A stretch of 63,576 nt of DNA, counting the filler, from Reticulomyxa filosa (lineage: Eukaryota; Protista; Foraminifera), in the NCBI GenBank assembly GCA_000512085.1. It is 20 parts of 20 records of this genome, joined end to end, with 100 filler letters (N's around TTAATTAATTAA, not from the genome) between each part and the next. Parts side by side here need not be neighbours in the genome. Positions count along the whole stretch, not along the records: positions 20,596 to 23,106 come from ASPP01015667.1; positions 23,207 to 26,008 come from ASPP01026560.1; positions 26,109 to 31,534 come from ASPP01021594.1; positions 31,635 to 34,188 come from ASPP01013628.1; positions 34,289 to 37,641 come from ASPP01032845.1; 15 more parts are not named here. One strand, given 5' to 3'. Under the pieces are notes generated by a model, which saw only the letters and a list, made by a program, of their open reading frames with translations, made no database searches and was not told the DNA's origin. Below, one piece after another: positions 23,069 to 34,920 of this stretch (the stretch's first letter is position 1; every line of letters starts with the position of its first letter). The translations under genes and the position numbers were made by a program.

Positions 23069-23106
<38 letters not shown>

Positions 23107-23206
23107 NNNNNNNNNNNNNNNNNNNNNNNNNNNNNNNNNNNNNNNNNNNNTTAATTAATTAANNNNNNNNNNNNNNNNNNNNNNNNNNNNNNNNNNNNNN
23201 NNNNNN

Positions 23207-24306
23207 AAAAAAAAAGCGAGTGTGTGCAACTTTACGGAAGCTCGCATAGAGAGGAGAGACAGACACCGATTGATACGAGTGAGTATAGTTGGCAGATAGC
23301 AAAACGTTGGGATGCGAAGTGTTACGAAAGCCGCATGCAAATTCTCTTGCCAATGACAAGATCTGTCGGTTTAAAGAACAGTCAAACTTATCATTTGCAT
23401 CATAACCTGCATACGTATACTCCATGGACAGATCGGTCCAAGGAGAGATCAGTACCGCGGTACCGACATTAGACGGCACGCTTTGCTTTTCCACGAGATG
23501 CTCTTGGATAGCACGGACGGTGGACAACACCAATCCTCCACCACTTCTTTCTCCGATCAAATGGATTTTGTGCATAGGGATACCCTTATCGAGATGGAGC
23601 CAGTTTGTCACCAAGAGCATGTCATTCACTTGATATTCCAATGTTACGGAAACTCTGGAGCCAGTCGGTAATTGACGGCAATGGCGGGGATTTCGAGCCA
23701 ATCCACAAGAAATTGCAGGTACAAATAACCAATGAAATAACTGAAACCAATGTATTCCCCTTCATGAGCTTGCACAATCACTCCGTTTTCAAAATTTTTT
23801 TTGTCCATATTTTTTCTCAGTGTTTCGTCGACGTTGGAGTCATTGTCATTCATTTGCAAAAGTCGATGTTTGTTTTGTTTGTAAATATACATTATATTTA
23901 CTTCCCTTTTCTCCTCTTCGATCATTTTTATAACTTTTGTAAGCTGCACATGTATCAGCGGTCTCGTGGGGAATCGGAAGCGCACTTCATAACATCCTCT
24001 CCATCTCTCGAGGAGTGCCAATTTATTGTTCACTGGCTCGGAAATTCGTTTTATTACGTCATCTTTCAACCAAAATTTACTTATTATCTCCAACGCCTTT
24101 TGCTCACAAGACACTGTTTGGTGTATTCCCATTACTGATGTACATGTTCCATTTCCAGTGCTCTCTGCAAACCTTGCCAACGTCATGAAGCCAGACCACG
24201 CTATCCAATACAATGCTGACCAACCAGTCAACTCCAATATCACCATTATCCCAAATAATAAACCAATAAACACCCCCAATACAAAGTAAAGCAGCTTTCT
24301 GGGCAT
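23207..24306 (-). CDS. HSL-like alpha/beta hydrolase with N-terminal transmembrane segment; degenerate motifs and a frameshift at about 23645 (possible pseudoenzyme or pseudogene)
   Basis: VNYRLAPE, IHLIGERSGGGL and VLISPW.DLS motifs. The HGGGY motif reads HEGEY. Confidence 0.7.
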
Positions 24307-24560
24307 TGTTTTTCCTTTAATTATATTTTTAGAGTTTTTTCCAGTTCTGGCAAGCTAACCTTACTATTTCGTTCAGTTAGCGTTTCATATGACAATATTT
24401 CCACAATGAATTTCCTTCAATGTATGTCTTTTTAAATTTTCTTTTCAGTTAAAAATTTAAACAAAAAGTTTAGAAGCTAATTTTGTCCCAAAACTGGCCT
24501 CTTTATAACACTTTTCGGAAGGGACAACGTCTTTTTAAATTAATAAAAAACCTTCCTATT

Positions 24561-25094
24561 ATGACGGCATCAATTATCCAAAAAGCACCACAAGTGCCTG
24601 AATTGTTATTACCTCTAGTTGGGAAGTGGAAAGGTTCTGGGAAAGGTGTGTATCCAACGATTCGCTCATTCGAGTACAACGAGCAAATTACCTTTGAGCA
24701 TACAAACCAGCCGTTTTTGATCTATCAACAGCGGACACAACACAAGACGTTGAATAAACCAATGCACAGTGAATCAGGCTTTTGGAAGTTTGCAAATGAT
24801 GACTCCAATGAAATCTATCTGGCTATCAGTCAGTGTACCGGCCTGAATGAGTTGTCCGTTGGAAAATTCAAACAATTGACAAACGAAAAGTCATTTGAAA
24901 TTGATGTAACTTGCGAACAAACCAATTTTTTACGAGTGAAAAATGCCAAGCCACCATTTGTTACCAAATTGCAACGTATTTTTACATACGATGCAACTAA
25001 AGACATTTTGTCCTATGTTATAAATATGTCCACCTCTACCACTAAAGAGCTAACAAAACATTTAGAATGTTCTTTCGTTCGGTCCAAAGACTAA
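24561..25094 (+). CDS. Nitrobindin/THAP4-like heme-binding beta-barrel (DUF1794)
   Basis: L.PLVGKWKGSGKG.YPTI..F.YNEQITF.H...PFL.Y.QRT, PMHSESGFW and C-terminal heme His in LTKHLE. Intronless. Confidence 0.9.
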   Translation: MTASIIQKAPQVPELLLPLVGKWKGSGKGVYPTIRSFEYNEQITFEHTNQPFLIYQQRTQHKTLNKPMHSESGFWKFANDDSNEIYLAISQCTGLNELSVGKFKQLTNEKSFEIDVTCEQTNFLRVKNAKPPFVTKLQRIFTYDATKDILSYVINMSTSTTKELTKHLECSFVRSKD

Positions 25095-25255
25095 ACAAAC
25101 GGTGAATAAAAAAAAAAATTTAAATAAAAACAAAATTCCCTTTAAATAACCACACACAACACAAAAAGGTTTCCAGTTATCTCGTGCCTATACATAAAAC
25201 AAAAAAAAATCAACTTCATTACAACATAAAAAATTTTTTGAAAAAATTCTTTTTT

Positions 25256-25317
25256 CTCCTCAGAGTACGGCTTCGTCGTCATATTGACTCAGAAGTAAGT
25301 ACTGTCATCATATGGAG
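25256..25317 (-). ncRNA. C/D-box snoRNA candidate, copy 1
   Basis: Minus strand: CTCC-AT-ATGATGA (box C) ... CTGA (D') ... ATGACGA (C') ... CTGA (D)-GGAG, with terminal stem CTCC/GGAG. Confidence 0.72.
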
Positions 25318-25449
25318 AAAAAAGCAAAAAAAAACAATTACTTAACATATTAAAAGCTGCAACATTTCATGGTCCCTTGCCTATTTGTAAAAAAAAAACA
25401 ACCAAATTTCATTATAACATCAAAAAACATTTAAAACAATTATTTTTTG

Positions 25450-25513
25450 CTACTCAGATGTACGGCTTTGTCGTCATATTGACTCAGCAGTAAGTATTCT
25501 ACATCATATTGAG
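25450..25513 (-). ncRNA. C/D-box snoRNA candidate, copy 2 (tandem; box C reads ATGATGT, weaker stem)
   Basis: Near-identical to copy 1, about 195 bp away. Confidence 0.55.
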
Positions 25514-26108
25514 AAAACAGCAAAAAAAAAACCATTACTTAACACTCAAGTTGCGCTCAAACAGCGCATCATAAAACCCTTTCAGGTTTAAAAATTATTT
25601 CACATTTCGCAAAAACGCCTTTTCATATAATAAAAAAAATTATTATTATCATTATGATTTGAATAAAGGAAAAACAAACAAAAAAACACCTGTTGACTTT
25701 CAAATGTTTTTTATAAGTCAAGTTACCTTCTCAAGGTTGTTTTTGTTTCCTTGGAAACACAAATTATTTGCAGACAAAACAATTTTACGTCATTTGTTCT
25801 GCGTTTACAAAAGAACAAAAAAGAAACAAGTGTAAACTAAGAAAAACTCAGCTGACGACCTTGTAAACAGGGCGTCACACAATTTTGAAATAAAAAACGT
25901 TTTGAATAAACTATTGTCTGATTTACCTGATTGCTGTAATGATGCAACAAAGATATTTTGAAAAATAATGTAAAAATTAAAAAACTACATCACTAAAAAA
26001 AAAAAAGTNNNNNNNNNNNNNNNNNNNNNNNNNNNNNNNNNNNNNNNNNNNNTTAATTAATTAANNNNNNNNNNNNNNNNNNNNNNNNNNNNNNNNNNNN
26101 NNNNNNNN

Positions 26109-27143
26109 TTTTTGTGTATTTTTTGTTTGTTCATTTTTTTCCAAATCATCATGTTTCATTAATATTTTTATCATTATCTTTAATTATTCCTAATGTTTTT
26201 GTTGATTCATTATCTTCAGTATCTTCATTATCTTGATGTTTATCATTATTAGAATGTTTAATATTATTTACATTTGGATTAAATATTGAAAAATGTAGCA
26301 TAAGGTAATGATACAATAGTAATTAACGTACCTACCCAAAGATTTACTGAATTTCTTTGATTAGGAAATTTATTACAACCTTTTTGTGGATTTGATTGAA
26401 TTGCAGAATAACATAAATATGTTCCATATAATGAAACAATAGCTATTACAAATATACTACCATGTGTTACAATTAATGATACTGCAGTTAATACAGCTAC
26501 TGATACAATAGTTAATGATATTATAAAATCTGATGTAATGTGCATCCTGTTTGTCCATACCATAACAACATTAATGTCCAAAGGGTGATACAACATCCTT
26601 GTAAAAATAATGTTATCATAGTTAATAATATTTCATACCAACAAATTTTACATTTATTATTATTATTATTTTGTGATTTATCATTTTCTAAGATTTGAAT
26701 TTTATTCAATATACTATCACTTACATCCCAATGCCCAGGTAAATTAATACTAGTACTTGAAATATTAAAAAAAAGAATAGACGCTATTCTTGCAAATTCT
26801 GCATATCCTTGACAAAATCCAATGAAATGCAGCGAATGTCCATACCAAAAATTACATGGATTACAAAAAATACAAACAATGCAAAGGACGTGCGATAAAC
26901 TACTCCATTTCCTTCACAACTACGTCCATTACAGATTTTCAATGATGTATTTAATGATGAATTGGAATACAATTGCTTTTCTCCATATAATGTCATTATA
27001 ACACAAAACACACAAGCAGCTAATAGTATGAAAACATAAGGAAGTCTTGATACCGATCCATGTTTGGCGTTACAGTCTTTAAAGCTAAAACAAAAGCAGC
27101 TTAAAAAACAAGTTGTAAAGCAGGAGATTATGCTACCACACAT
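26109..27143 (-). CDS. Serinc/TDE (serine incorporator) family membrane protein; frameshifted or partial
   Basis: Cys-rich N-terminus, SRLPY, C.G..VYR.SFAL..FF..H, and GSIF..AIVSLYGTYLCYSAIQSNP..GCN. Confidence 0.75.
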
Positions 27144-28206
27144 AATCTTAATCTTTTCGTTTTGTATAGTCTTGACCAAGCAATTGGATTTCTTTTTTAA
27201 TTTAAATATAAAGAATTTGTAGTGTTTTTTTAGTTACACAAAAGTTCCCTTTTGAAAACTGATGGAAGGCAAAACATAGAAGATACGTTTCAACAAAGTG
27301 CTTTATCAACTGATGCTTTTTTTTGCCTCATAATATTTCGTTCACACCTTCTCTGCCTTTTTTGGCTAGATCAAGTGTATATCAGTTCTTCTCTCGTAAA
27401 CAAATTGGTTATTATTATTTATTAAACCAAACACTTCAAAGTGATCTACAATATTACAAAAAAGCTTTCTCTTTTGTAGATCCACAATTCAAATAAATTT
27501 TAAATTTGTTGAAGTATTTATAATAATTCTATCTGACTCATTATCTATTATTTTTTTACAATTTCAAAAATAAGAATTGTTTGTCACTCTTATCACAGTG
27601 TATATATGGTTTTCATCTCTTTGGCCTCTCAATTGTGAAGATATTTTAATTTTTTGAATGACACAAACAGTGTCATATATCGAACGTGCAAAGTTTTCTA
27701 TTTTGCTGTAAAAAAAAGCGCGCTAAGATTTTTTCATTTAGATTATGTTGATGGCATAGGCATCAATGTTTAAATTGACACAAAAGAAACTTAAAATTGC
27801 ATTTCAGCATCTAAACCAAAAATATCACTTTTGATGAGTCGCAATAGTGTTTGATTTGATATCGATAATTCTACCATAACCAAATGAAATATTCTCTCTT
27901 TTATTTGCAAACGCAAGGCCTCGTTTGATATGACACCTACGGGACCATTGGGTGTCAGTGAAGGCAATATTCAAATAACTTGTTGAAATAAAATATCTGT
28001 AAGAAATAAATGGACAACGGGATATTAGTGGTGACATATGCGATCACTTTGGCACAAAATGGAAATATATACTTTATAAACGATCACCCAAAATTTGAAA
28101 GATTTACAACACACACAAAATATAATTGAAAGAGCTGTCGGTATAATGCTGAAAAAAGTCATTCGCATCAGTGCTTGATATTGACCACTTGCTATAAAAA
28201 AAGATT

Positions 28207-30025
28207 TCACAGCTTGTGTTGTTCTTTTTCTTCTTCTTCTATGAGTAGGTCGACTTGATTGGTCAAAAATTCTTCCAAATCTGCATCATCATTAGCCGTC
28301 TGAGGTACTTGGGCCTGCTGACGAACCGCTGTGCCCATCAGTGCATCGCCTGCTACTTGAATATGTTGGGATATTTTTTTTGAAACATCTTTGTTTCGCT
28401 TGTAGCTTCTTTGAGTATTGATTGCGGTCGTTGCAATGGAATACGATCACCATGGGGTCTATTTGTGTGTTTTTTTTTAAATAGTAGTTTAAATAAGACA
28501 AGCACTATAACGCTACGTAATCTTGTATGTCAATTCCCAACACAAATTACTTTATCTATTTTGTTTCCTCTCCTTTTCTTTTCCAACAAATTTGAGAGTC
28601 TTAACATTTCAGATTGCAGGTCATCAATAACTTTATTAACTAAAGCAGCTAAGTCGGTATAAGGCAAGACATTGGTCCCGCTTGAAAGCCGTTGCATTCT
28701 CTTGTCTACTCCGGCCAAGTTATCGAAGAGACGCAACGACTTGTTCGGAAGTTTGCTCTTCAGCGTGCGGAATTCGCTCTCCAATATAGCCGATCGATGA
28801 TCCAGCAGTCGAAATTGATCGAACAGTGCCCGCAGCCATAGTACATGTTGTTTGATAACTTCAATCTTCAATTGGTCTTCAAACTTGTCAACCAATTGCA
28901 GCAAATCATCATTCACCCTTTTTTTTTTTTTTTAGAAAAAAAAAAAAAACTGTCATAATTAAGCATGTATACCTTCCAACACCTAAAAAAAAAAAGGGGG
29001 GTCTATTCTTAACTTTTTAGAAGCAGTTTCAGTCGGACTATCAACGTTGTCATTATAAAAGGTTTCAAGCAGACCTGTATTAACAATGGACTGGCATTTT
29101 TGTTTAAACTCGCCAAGTTTAACCTCGAGCAGCAAGTCCAAATAGTCCAATAGATTCCTGGTCTTGCCAAGTGTGTCTCTTGGATATTCAAGGCTTTGGC
29201 AAACTTTGAGAAAATGGCAGCGAGTTTTTGCAACGCTGCGTCCACTTTTTCTGCTTTATGTGTTATACTTCCACTATACATGCTGTGAACTATTCCATAC
29301 AAATTGCTCACCACGGCAATGCACGCCAGCAAAATATCACATGCTTTGACGCTTTTTTTTTTTTTATGTACCAAGGTATGCGTAAATTGGGTGAACCCGG
29401 AAACAAGGAGGAGAGAAGAGGAAGGCAGAAGGACAAGTGTGAACGTTCTTTTTTCCCTCTCTGCTCCCCCCCCCCCCCCCCTCTTTTCCAATAACAAAAA
29501 AGTACCAAAAAGGGATTTTTTTTAAAAAAAAAAAATTACCGCCAGAGCATTAGTCCAAATAATATCACAGAGAGAGCCAATAAAAACACGTGAATGACCG
29601 CCACTGCAGATGTGTGACTGTCGACACATAGATCTTGAAGGGTTGGCTTTTGGTGGAATAGTTGCTCGTTGTCAATGCGTGCTGAGGTAGTCTCAGAAGC
29701 TTTTTGTTTTAAATCTTGAATAAAGTTGGATTGGTTCAATCCATCTTTAATCACGTTGTCGCCTAATTTTTGCTTGCTCAACAGTTCTGTTTCGGTGCTC
29801 GTTTTTTGCAGGTCTATTAGTTTGTTTGTGTTCATCCAAGAATTAAGAGGAAGTGATAATTTTTTTTTTTATCTAAACAAACAACAGAAAGAAATCAGCC
29901 AAACTACAATTCGTGCATCGCGTACCTCATACCTTGCAGTTCCACACCGTAAGCTGACTTGCCTTGCTCAAAGTTACTGCCAAGATCATTTTCCATCTCT
30001 AGCGAATCCGAACCCGACTTCATGA
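28207..30025 (-). CDS. Hypothetical multi-exon membrane protein with coiled-coil C-terminus
   Basis: Successive GT-AG-bounded exons (MKSGSDSLEM..., VAVIHVFLLALSVILFGLMLW, ILLACIAVVSNLYGIV, helical 28530-28916), ending at TGA 28207. Confidence 0.5.
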
Positions 30026-30526
30026 ATTATTTTTCACTTTTACGAAATTACAACAAAAACATGTCTAAAAATATAAGAAATAAACTCTAACCAAAAAAAA
30101 AAATCTGTAACTTTGTCTCTATATCAACAATTTTCGAGTGATTAGTTATTTCTGTCAGTCAACTGAAAAATATAATAGATTTTGAAAAGGTGACAGAATA
30201 CGGAGTGTTTACTCTTATTCCTCTTTGAGGAGAAAACAATAAAACATAGTGTATCATTGCTTTTCTTAAAAAGAGAAAAGCCAGAGAATTCAAAGTATAC
30301 AAAAAAAACTCGAATAAAGTTCTTACAATCCAACACCATTTTTGTTTCAAAATACACAAAAACATTAAAAATTTCTTTCATTCCAAAAGAGATAAGTTTT
30401 GTGGATTTATGAGCCAAATTATTTTCGAAACACCAATTGCAATTATATATGTTTCCCTGAAGAAGATGATTTGTCAACTTTACACGTAAAGTGGCTCATC
30501 TAAATCTTTGTTTTTCTCTAACAATT

Positions 30527-31500
30527 TTAAAAAGGCTCCCAATTGTTGAACGCTTGGGCAGGATTATTTTCCGACGGGTTAAATACATTGGCCCATGTCG
30601 AATCGTCATAAGCGGAGGATTGGACAGGGTTTGCTTGTGACTGTGGTTTTGGATCTGGCTCCGGCTTTGGCATGATTTGTTTCATACGTAACTTTTCGGC
30701 ATCGTCTAACATCTTCACAAACTCCTCAAGATCCCTTCTAGTGGAAACACCGAATCTGGATATTTTGGACATTAACGAATCATATTGTGTGGAAGTGAAC
30801 AGTGGTAATTTGCTGTCAGACAAGACGGCAGACTCGAAGAATTCCGCAACATTTTCGACATCCGTCACGAACTCCATTACCAAAAAACACAATTCTAAAG
30901 GCGCATCATGGAACATAGTTTCATCACTCAAAGTTCTAATGATACCAAAAATAGCAATCCGACATAACAATATATTTACGTATACACAAATACGTATACA
31001 TAAATATATATATATATACATGTGTATGCAATGTTTGGCAACGTATAACAAAACCTGACAGCGGTGGTGAAGAAAGGAGGGTCACGTATTGCATCGGAGA
31101 GTTGCTCAATGAATGGAATAACGTCTTCGAATTGCTCACACTCCAAAATATTGGCAATCCAATCCTGACGATTTCTCAAAAACTCGGGATCCAATCGCTC
31201 AAAGATTAAGTGCCGTTCAAACTCGATCACAAGATAGACTAGACACATGGGAGAGGCTAAATCGCTGGAATGATTGTTTTCATCCAATAACAGATCCAAC
31301 TTTTTTCTACCAACATTTTGATACCAGCTGCCAAAGGCATCTTTCTTGGAGGTCTCTTCATACAACGATATCAAACTATTCAACGCCGGTTTCAATTGCG
31401 AGTCTCGAATGCGCTGGATTAAAAGCTTGGTGGAGATTACCCGAACCACTAGCCCAATTATCAATCCAATCAATAAAATCACCAAACTACCGAACAAAAT
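30527..31500 (-). CDS. Hypothetical protein, last exons (5' partial)
   Basis: Two long coding exons joined by an intron at about 30963-31055. No domain recognised. Confidence 0.5.
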
Positions 31501-31635
31501 AACTTTTCCAACTCTATTTTTTTTTTTTTTTTTTNNNNNNNNNNNNNNNNNNNNNNNNNNNNNNNNNNNNNNNNNNNNTTAATTAATTAANNNNNNNNNN
31601 NNNNNNNNNNNNNNNNNNNNNNNNNNNNNNNNNNG

Positions 31636-32835
31636 TTGACGAATTGCGCATGGCAAAACAGCGAACACTTGGACAACAGCTTGCTTCCTGACGACTTTAT
31701 GACTAGTCCTTCTCGGACCACAGCGCTTCCTCCGTTTCCGAAAGACGGTATTTTATTGGAACGTGGCACTAACGTCTCGGCGTCGTTGCCCAATATCAAC
31801 GCCTATCCCAACGGTGTCTCAAAATTTCAGAAATATCGAGCCATTGAAAATGCTGTGCATGTGAGAACGAAATATACGCACACGTCCGATCACGCCACGA
31901 CGACGCCAACAGAAACAGCAATAGCAACAGCGACAGCGACGGCGACGCCGACAGCAGTGGCATCTCATCAATTATACGAGTCGCCTCTGCACAAGTTGGA
32001 GACGTCAAAGATTGATGCCCCCAATTTGTTGTACATGATCGACCATGTCAACCGCTTGTCGCTATGGGTCGCTACCAAGATTTTGAGCGAGAAAACCACG
32101 CTCAAACAAATCGAGGTCTGTAAATACTTTTATTTAGTCGCCAATCGCTGCTTCGAGTTAAATAACATACACGGCTGCACTGCCATTTTTGGTGGGATTT
32201 GTTTGGAGCCTGTGCAACGGCTTAAACAAATGAAAAAATTGTTGCTGGCAGATTCTGTGTTTAAAGGTTATCACGAAAAGTTCTCCTTGGTTTTGAGCAC
32301 AGAAAAAACTATCGCTTCTATCGCACAATGTTAGAGCAATGGTTTGATAGTGACCAGTTTGACTATACATATATTATATATATACATATACACATATATA
32401 TCTTTATTCTATATTCATACATCTTATATATCGTGTGTACACGTTTGCAACGCTTTCAATCGATCATCAAATTACAACAGTGTTCAATCATGCCTGCCCT
32501 TTGTGCCAGTGCTGGTGAAAGATTTATTTGTGGTTCAAACCAATTTGACACCGAAAAACGTCCAGACAAACGAACGAGAGATCGATCTGAAAATGCTGGA
32601 AAAAAACTGTCGCTTGATTCGAAGGTTTTATGAGACCCAACAAAGGTCAAAGTTATACGCCAATTTGCTTCAGACAGATGTCGACACGCAAACAGTCATT
32701 CGGATGAGTGTGGCTAACCATGAAACCCTGGACACTTTGAAAGAATTGTCTTTGAAAATTTGTCCCAAAATGACTAAGCAACAACAAGAAAACGCTGACG
32801 CAGTGGCACAGCTGCAAGAGTTCGGTTTTGCCTGA
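31636..32835 (+). CDS. RasGEF (CDC25) catalytic-domain protein, C-terminal part
   Basis: PNL...ID..N.LSLWVATKIL, A..CFELNN.H...AI..G....PVQRLK, (N)YR.YR and CLPF...L.KDL. Confidence 0.88.
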
Positions 32836-33648
32836 CTCATCACTGAAATTATGTTCAACATTATTAAGTCAATGTTTTTCTCCCTTTTTTTTTAATCATT
32901 TTTTGTTTTTTTTTTTAATAATTCCAATGTACGTTTTGTGTGTATTTGTTATTGTTTTTTTTTGGTGTTTTGTTCTGAATGGCTTAAAAAAGTGTAATTT
33001 AGTTAAGTTGGCCTAGTTTGCAAAAATTTTTTGCCAACATTAAATGCTTAATTTTGTGTCTGGGGACACTTTAAAAAATTTGATGACCAAAACGAGGTTC
33101 GGCAATGCTTTTTTTGCTCTTCAAAAATTTGAAGAACAAACGCTTGTATTTCAATTTGTCATACAAATGATATCTTAAAAAATATTGCGACTTCTTTGGC
33201 TGCTTTTTCCACTTTCACTCGTTTTCTTGTTTTTACTCTCTTTTTTATTCCCTTTTCATATTCGATTGAAAATTTTCTTAAAACACATAACAGTATGGAA
33301 CTTGCTTCAATTTGCGTTTGTGAATTTCAACGTGCAGCAACACAACAGAATTAGAAGAACGTCCTCTTTTTGTCAAATTTAGAACATTGTGACATATTGT
33401 AAATGTCAGTAACACAAAAAAACCCTTTGGTGAACGCTTGTAGAAAAAATAAAATAAAGAAGTAACAGAGATTGCTGGTGAAAACTTGTTTATATGCTCC
33501 ACAATTCTGCTTCCAAATCGTCAAAAAAAAGTGCAAGACGAAAAAAAGTTTAAAAAAACTATTACCTTTGCGATGATAATCCTTTGCCCTTTTTTTGGGG
33601 GGAGGAAAGTGAGCACCCTTTCAAAAAATCGGCATACCGCGAAATGGG

Positions 33649-34188
33649 GTGGGGGGAAAAAAGAGTTCCGGCTTAGAAAATGCAGACGCAGTGACAACAA
33701 AAGAATGGGATGAAAATGAAAAACCCAGCGAAGAAAAAGCAGCACAAAGCAGTCAGATAGACGAAAACAAAACAGAAACAAAAGAGGAGGAAAGTCCAGC
33801 GAAGCAAAAACCAGAAGAGAAAGCAAACGAACAAGAAACAAAAGAAAAAGAAGAAGAGGAATGGGGAGTATGGGAATGGGGATGTTGTCAAGACGACTTT
33901 ATGCCAGGAGGTTCAGTGAAGTGTTCGACGGACAGTTGCATAAAATTCTGGCATTTCAAATGTCTGCAAATATGTTATAAATATCCCAAGAAAGAGTTGG
34001 CAAGAATTAAAAAGCCGGAAGAAATTTTTACATGTCCGTCGTGCCAAAGACACACCCTCCATCTCATCTTATACGACCATAGCTCGTCCACTCACACACA
34101 GCAAGCTGAATCTAGTGATCGTACGCAAAGCCAATCCAGCCATGCGAATGTGGGCAATTCCACCACCCAAAAAGTACTTTTTTTTTTT
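33649..34188 (+). CDS. PHD-finger protein fragment
   Basis: CC....(V)KC...C..FWHFKCL....FTCPSC, a C4HC3-like pattern after an acidic linker. Confidence 0.7.
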
Positions 34189-34288
34189 NNNNNNNNNNNN
34201 NNNNNNNNNNNNNNNNNNNNNNNNNNNNNNNNTTAATTAATTAANNNNNNNNNNNNNNNNNNNNNNNNNNNNNNNNNNNNNNNNNNNN

Positions 34289-34920
34289 AGAGAAGAAAGT
34301 GAAATGGAATTATATTGTGGATTGAAAAATATGAAATTGGAGAATATTAAAGAAATAAAATTTGGATTTTTCATGAGTCATATAAATACTTCTAATGATA
34401 TTCAAGTTGCACAAATGTATAAAAATAATCAAGGATGTATTTTTACATTTTCATTCTTCTATGAAAAGAGCATTTTTCATATATAGCTGTGATGTATCAT
34501 GGATATCTCCATTCAAATATGAGCATGAAATTTTGTTTGTAAGGTCAATCATATTACATAATCGTGATGAAAAAACAAAGTAGAGAGTGAGGATGAATAT
34601 ACACAAATGATATTATTGAGATGGATTTTATATGATCAGTATATCCAATAAACTATGCAAATAAGTGCAATATGGAATCATTCCATTGACTTTAATTTTA
34701 TTTATGTTGCAATTTGATCATTGGTGTAAAGGAGATATCAATGAAACATTTAAATTATTATTTGAATTTAAACAATGGAAATTTTAAAAAAATAATGAAT
34801 AAAATTACAAAAAAAAGACGTTGTTGCAACCATAATGTCAATTTGCTTTGTATTTTTGTTTCTGAAAAATACTATTATCATTTGTTGTAATTTGCATCAT
34901 CTATTGAGCTTATGGCCTAT
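34289..34920 (+). pseudogene. Decayed mono-ADP-ribosyltransferase-like (R-S-E class fold) family member
   Basis: LYCGL (LYRG equivalent), SHINTSNDIQVA (STS equivalent), GCI, and CDVSWISPFKYEHEILF (ExE). A frameshift near 34440 and several stops follow. Confidence 0.6.

Larger units (their letters stand above)
25147..25545. repeat. Tandem unit of about 195 bp carrying the snoRNA candidate; dispersed copy at 41693-42005
   Basis: Shared blocks gtacggcttcgtcgtcatattgactcag, catttcatggtcccttgcctatttgt and catcaaaaaacatttaaaacaatt. Confidence 0.85.
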
